Assembly: GCA_963799055.1 (NCBI GenBank)
Contig: CAWCVP010000021.1
Coordinates: forward strand, 76,287 to 140,286
Length of the DNA: 64,000 bases
Direction of reading: 5' to 3'
DNA from: an uncultured Candidatus Rokubacteria bacterium
GTDB lineage: Bacteria; Methylomirabilota; Methylomirabilia; Rokubacteriales; DASRDR01
A program made the position numbers and the translations under genes. The notes under the pieces were generated by a model. The model was not told the DNA's origin. It was given only the letters and a program-made list of their open reading frames with translations, and made no database searches. Within the stretch, counting starts at the first letter, position 1. Every line of letters begins with the position of its first letter. Of the stretch, positions 61,766 to 64,000 are shown in pieces.

Positions 61766-62812
61766 TTAGCGCACGCGGCGCGGGGGGTCCTCGATCCGCG
61801 CGAGCGTACGGAGCCAGGCCAGCAGGGTCGCGAACGCGGGCGGCGGCGGGGCCTCGTAGCGGTGCGGCGCGCCGGTCGTGGGATGGATGAACCCGAGGAC
61901 CGCGGCGTGGAGGGCCTGGCCGCCCAGGCCGGCCACGCGGGCCGCGAGCTCGACGTCGGACGGCGCGGGGCCGCGGCGACGGTACGTCCGGTCCCCGACC
62001 ACCGGCGCGCCGAGATGAGCGAGATGGACGCGGATCTGGTGCGTGCGTCCGGTCCCGAGGGTGGCTTCGAGCAGCGTGAGGGGCGCCGGGCGCACGAACC
62101 GCTCGAGGACTCGATATCGCGTGAGGGCGGGGCGGCCGGACCCGGCGGGTCGGACCGCCATCCGGAGCCGATCGCGGGGGTCGCGGCCGATCGCCGTCTC
62201 CACCACTCCCGCGGCGTGCGGCAGCCGGCCGTGGACCAGCGCCAGGTAGCGACGTTCCACGGTGCGCGCCTTCAGCTGACGCGCCAGGGCGAGATGGGCG
62301 GCATCGGTCTTGGCGACGACGAGGAGCCCGGAGGTCCCGCGGTCCAGCCGGTGCACGATGCCGGGCCGCCGCACCCCCCCCACCCCGGAGAGCGTGGGCC
62401 CGCAGTGGGCGAGCAGCGCGTGGACGAGCGTCCCCGTGCGGTGTCCGGCTCCCGGATGCACCACGAGCCCCGTCGGCTTGTTGACCACCAGGAGGTCGCC
62501 GTCCTCGTAGACCACGTCGAGCGGGATCGCCTCGGCGGTGAGCGTCGTCGGCTCCGGGGGCGGCACCTCGACGGCCACGCACGTCCCCGCCCGGAGGCGA
62601 TGGCTCGCCTTGGGGGCCCCGCCCGTCACCTGCACCCGGCCCGCCGCGATGAGCGCCTGCAGTCGCGTGCGCGAGAGATCGGGGGCCTGAACCTGGAGGA
62701 AGCGGTCGAGCCGGATTCCGGCGTCCGCGGGGCCGACGACGAAGCTCCGACGCGAGGGGGCGCCGGACGGCCCGCGGGGCTCAGGCGTCGGCGGGATTCT
62801 GCTGCGGGACAC
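61766..62812 (-). CDS. rluD: RluD-family 23S rRNA pseudouridine synthase
   Basis: S4-like N-terminus (RLDRFL......SR...Q.LI..G.V.V.G), then ..LLVVNKP.G.VVHPG......TLV.ALL.H.......RPGIVHRLD..TSG.L.VAK....; ..GRTHQIRVH. The GTG at 62810-62812 gives a 32-nt overlap with lspA. Confidence 0.88.
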   Translation of the reverse strand: MSRSRIPPTPEPRGPSGAPSRRSFVVGPADAGIRLDRFLQVQAPDLSRTRLQALIAAGRVQVTGGAPKASHRLRAGTCVAVEVPPPEPTTLTAEAIPLDVVYEDGDLLVVNKPTGLVVHPGAGHRTGTLVHALLAHCGPTLSGVGGVRRPGIVHRLDRGTSGLLVVAKTDAAHLALARQLKARTVERRYLALVHGRLPHAAGVVETAIGRDPRDRLRMAVRPAGSGRPALTRYRVLERFVRPAPLTLLEATLGTGRTHQIRVHLAHLGAPVVGDRTYRRRGPAPSDVELAARVAGLGGQALHAAVLGFIHPTTGAPHRYEAPPPPAFATLLAWLRTLARIEDPPRRVR

Positions 62813-63275
62813 CGTCCCGCCCGAACGCGAGCTCGGCGGCCAGGAGGCACACGCCCACCGTGATCGCGGAGTCGGCCACGTTGAAGGCCGGCCAGTGATA
62901 CGTCCGCCAGAACACGTCGATGAAGTCCACGACCGCCCCGTGCCGCCAGCGGTCCAGGAGGTTCCCCGCGGCGCCGCCGAAGACGAGCCCGATGGCGAGG
63001 CGCGCCAGGAGGCTCCCGCGCGGCAGGATGCGGAACGCGAGCGAGCCGAGCAACGCCAGCGCGGTCAGCGAGAACAGCGTGACGATCCAGCGCCACTCCG
63101 GCGGGATGCCCGCGAAGATGCCGAAGGCCACGCCCGGGTTCATGACGAGCACGAGGTGGAAGAAGTCCGGGATCACCACGACCGGGTGCGACACGTCCAG
63201 GCGCCGGAGGGCCCAGGTCTTGGTCAGCTGGTCCGCGACGAACACCGTCGTCGCGAGGGCCAGGACGAGGCCCAT
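62781..63275 (-). CDS. lspA: Lipoprotein signal peptidase II
   Basis: ..DQ.TK.W.........V.VIP.FF.L..V.N.G.AFG........; ..GGA.GNL.DR...G.VVDFI.......WP.FNVADS.I..G. ATG at 63273-63275 is coupled to the ileS stop. Confidence 0.9.
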   Translation of the reverse strand: MGLVLALATTVFVADQLTKTWALRRLDVSHPVVVIPDFFHLVLVMNPGVAFGIFAGIPPEWRWIVTLFSLTALALLGSLAFRILPRGSLLARLAIGLVFGGAAGNLLDRWRHGAVVDFIDVFWRTYHWPAFNVADSAITVGVCLLAAELAFGRDGVPQQNPADA

Positions 63276-64000
63276 CAGTGTGCGCCCGCGCGGATGATCG
63301 GCAGGCAGCGCTCGCAGAGGGCCGGATGCTCGGCGTCCCGGCCGACGGCCGGACTCCAGGTCCAGCAGCGGGCGCACTTCTTCCCGTCGGCGTGCCGCAC
63401 CTCGAGGGCCAGGCCCGGCACTCCTGTCTCACGGAGCACCACGCGGTCCGGCCCCGGCGCGAGCCCGGCCGGTGGGGCGTCGGTGACGATGCGCGCCTGC
63501 GAGACGATGCAGAGCTCCCGGAGAAGCCGGTCCCCGACTCCCCCGACGCGACGCTCGAGGCCGGGGTCGCTGACGTACGCCGTCACGGATGCGTCGAGGG
63601 CCGCCCCGATCAGCTTGGCCACCCGCGCCTGCTCGAGACCCTTCGCGACCTCGCCGCGGACGCGAAGCAAGTCCCCCCACGTCTGCTCCAGCCCCTCGTC
63701 CAGCCATCGCGGGTCGACCGCCGGAAAATCCGTGAGGTGGACGCTCGGCGCCTTGTCGGCCACGCGGAAGTGGTCCCAGACCTCCTCGGCGGTGAAGGTG
63801 AGGATCGGTGCCATGAGCCGGACCAGGGCATCCAGGACGCGGTAGCAGACCGTCTGGGCCGCGCGCCGCGCCGGCGCGGCGGCGGCGGAGGTGTAGAGCC
63901 GGTCCTTCAGGACGTCGAGGTAGAGGGCCGAGAGGTCCACCGCGCAGAAGTTGTGGAGGCTCTGGAACGCGAGGTGGAACTCATAGGTCTCGTACGCGCG
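63275..64000 (-). CDS. ileS: Isoleucine--tRNA ligase, C-terminal part (gene continues past the window end)
   Basis: ..YLDV.KDRLY........R.AQT....VL..L.RL.AP.L.FTAEE.W.......SVHL..FP..; C-terminal zinc motif KCARCW...........P.LC.RC. Confidence 0.9.
   Translation of the reverse strand, partial: RAYETYEFHLAFQSLHNFCAVDLSALYLDVLKDRLYTSAAAAPARRAAQTVCYRVLDALVRLMAPILTFTAEEVWDHFRVADKAPSVHLTDFPAVDPRWLDEGLEQTWGDLLRVRGEVAKGLEQARVAKLIGAALDASVTAYVSDPGLERRVGGVGDRLLRELCIVSQARIVTDAPPAGLAPGPDRVVLRETGVPGLALEVRHADGKKCARCWTWSPAVGRDAEHPALCERCLPIIRAGAH

Overview
High-GC bacterial chromosomal segment; I cannot assign the organism from sequence alone. I recognise 60 protein-coding genes and every one is on the minus strand. 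The long plus-strand ORFs in the track are antisense shadows. Many junctions are 1-8 nt start/stop overlaps (GTGA, ATGA). Gene order from high to low coordinate: ileS-lspA-rluD-yvcK-glmU | glmS-pcrA-gatCAB | ftsEX-envC-ctpA-tsaD-PAS kinase-sigma54 activator | nuoLMN-ridA | iclR-AcnX(large+small)-CUT1 ABC transporter | HAD phosphatase-glpD | ugpBAE-lipoprotein-glpQ-glpK | Fe3+-type ABC transporter with an embedded dihaem cytochrome c | atpZ-atpI-atpB-atpE-rex-mfd-surA | rho | rpmE-prfA-prmC-murA-hisGDBHAF(IE)-lipoprotein-mlaE. I found no tRNA, rRNA, CRISPR array, transposase, integrase or phage gene, and no recognisable defence system. This looks like core housekeeping DNA with some accessory transport and catabolic operons. 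Points worth a second look: (1) about 30 reading-frame disruptions, strongly clustered in the ugp/glp block and two sugar permeases, while neighbouring genes are intact; (2) a consensus sigma54 promoter directly upstream of glmS; (3) a Rex-operator-like site over the promoter of an atpZIBE-rex operon; (4) probable CTG start codons at three coupled junctions (gatA, gatB, ftsX); (5) near-consensus sigma70 promoters placed so that iclR and the HAD gene would be leaderless; (6) a two-subunit aconitase-X dehydratase operon coupled to a sugar-type ABC importer; (7) an orphan nuoLMN-ridA module. All coordinates and frame calls come from manual translation and stitching. No database search was possible.
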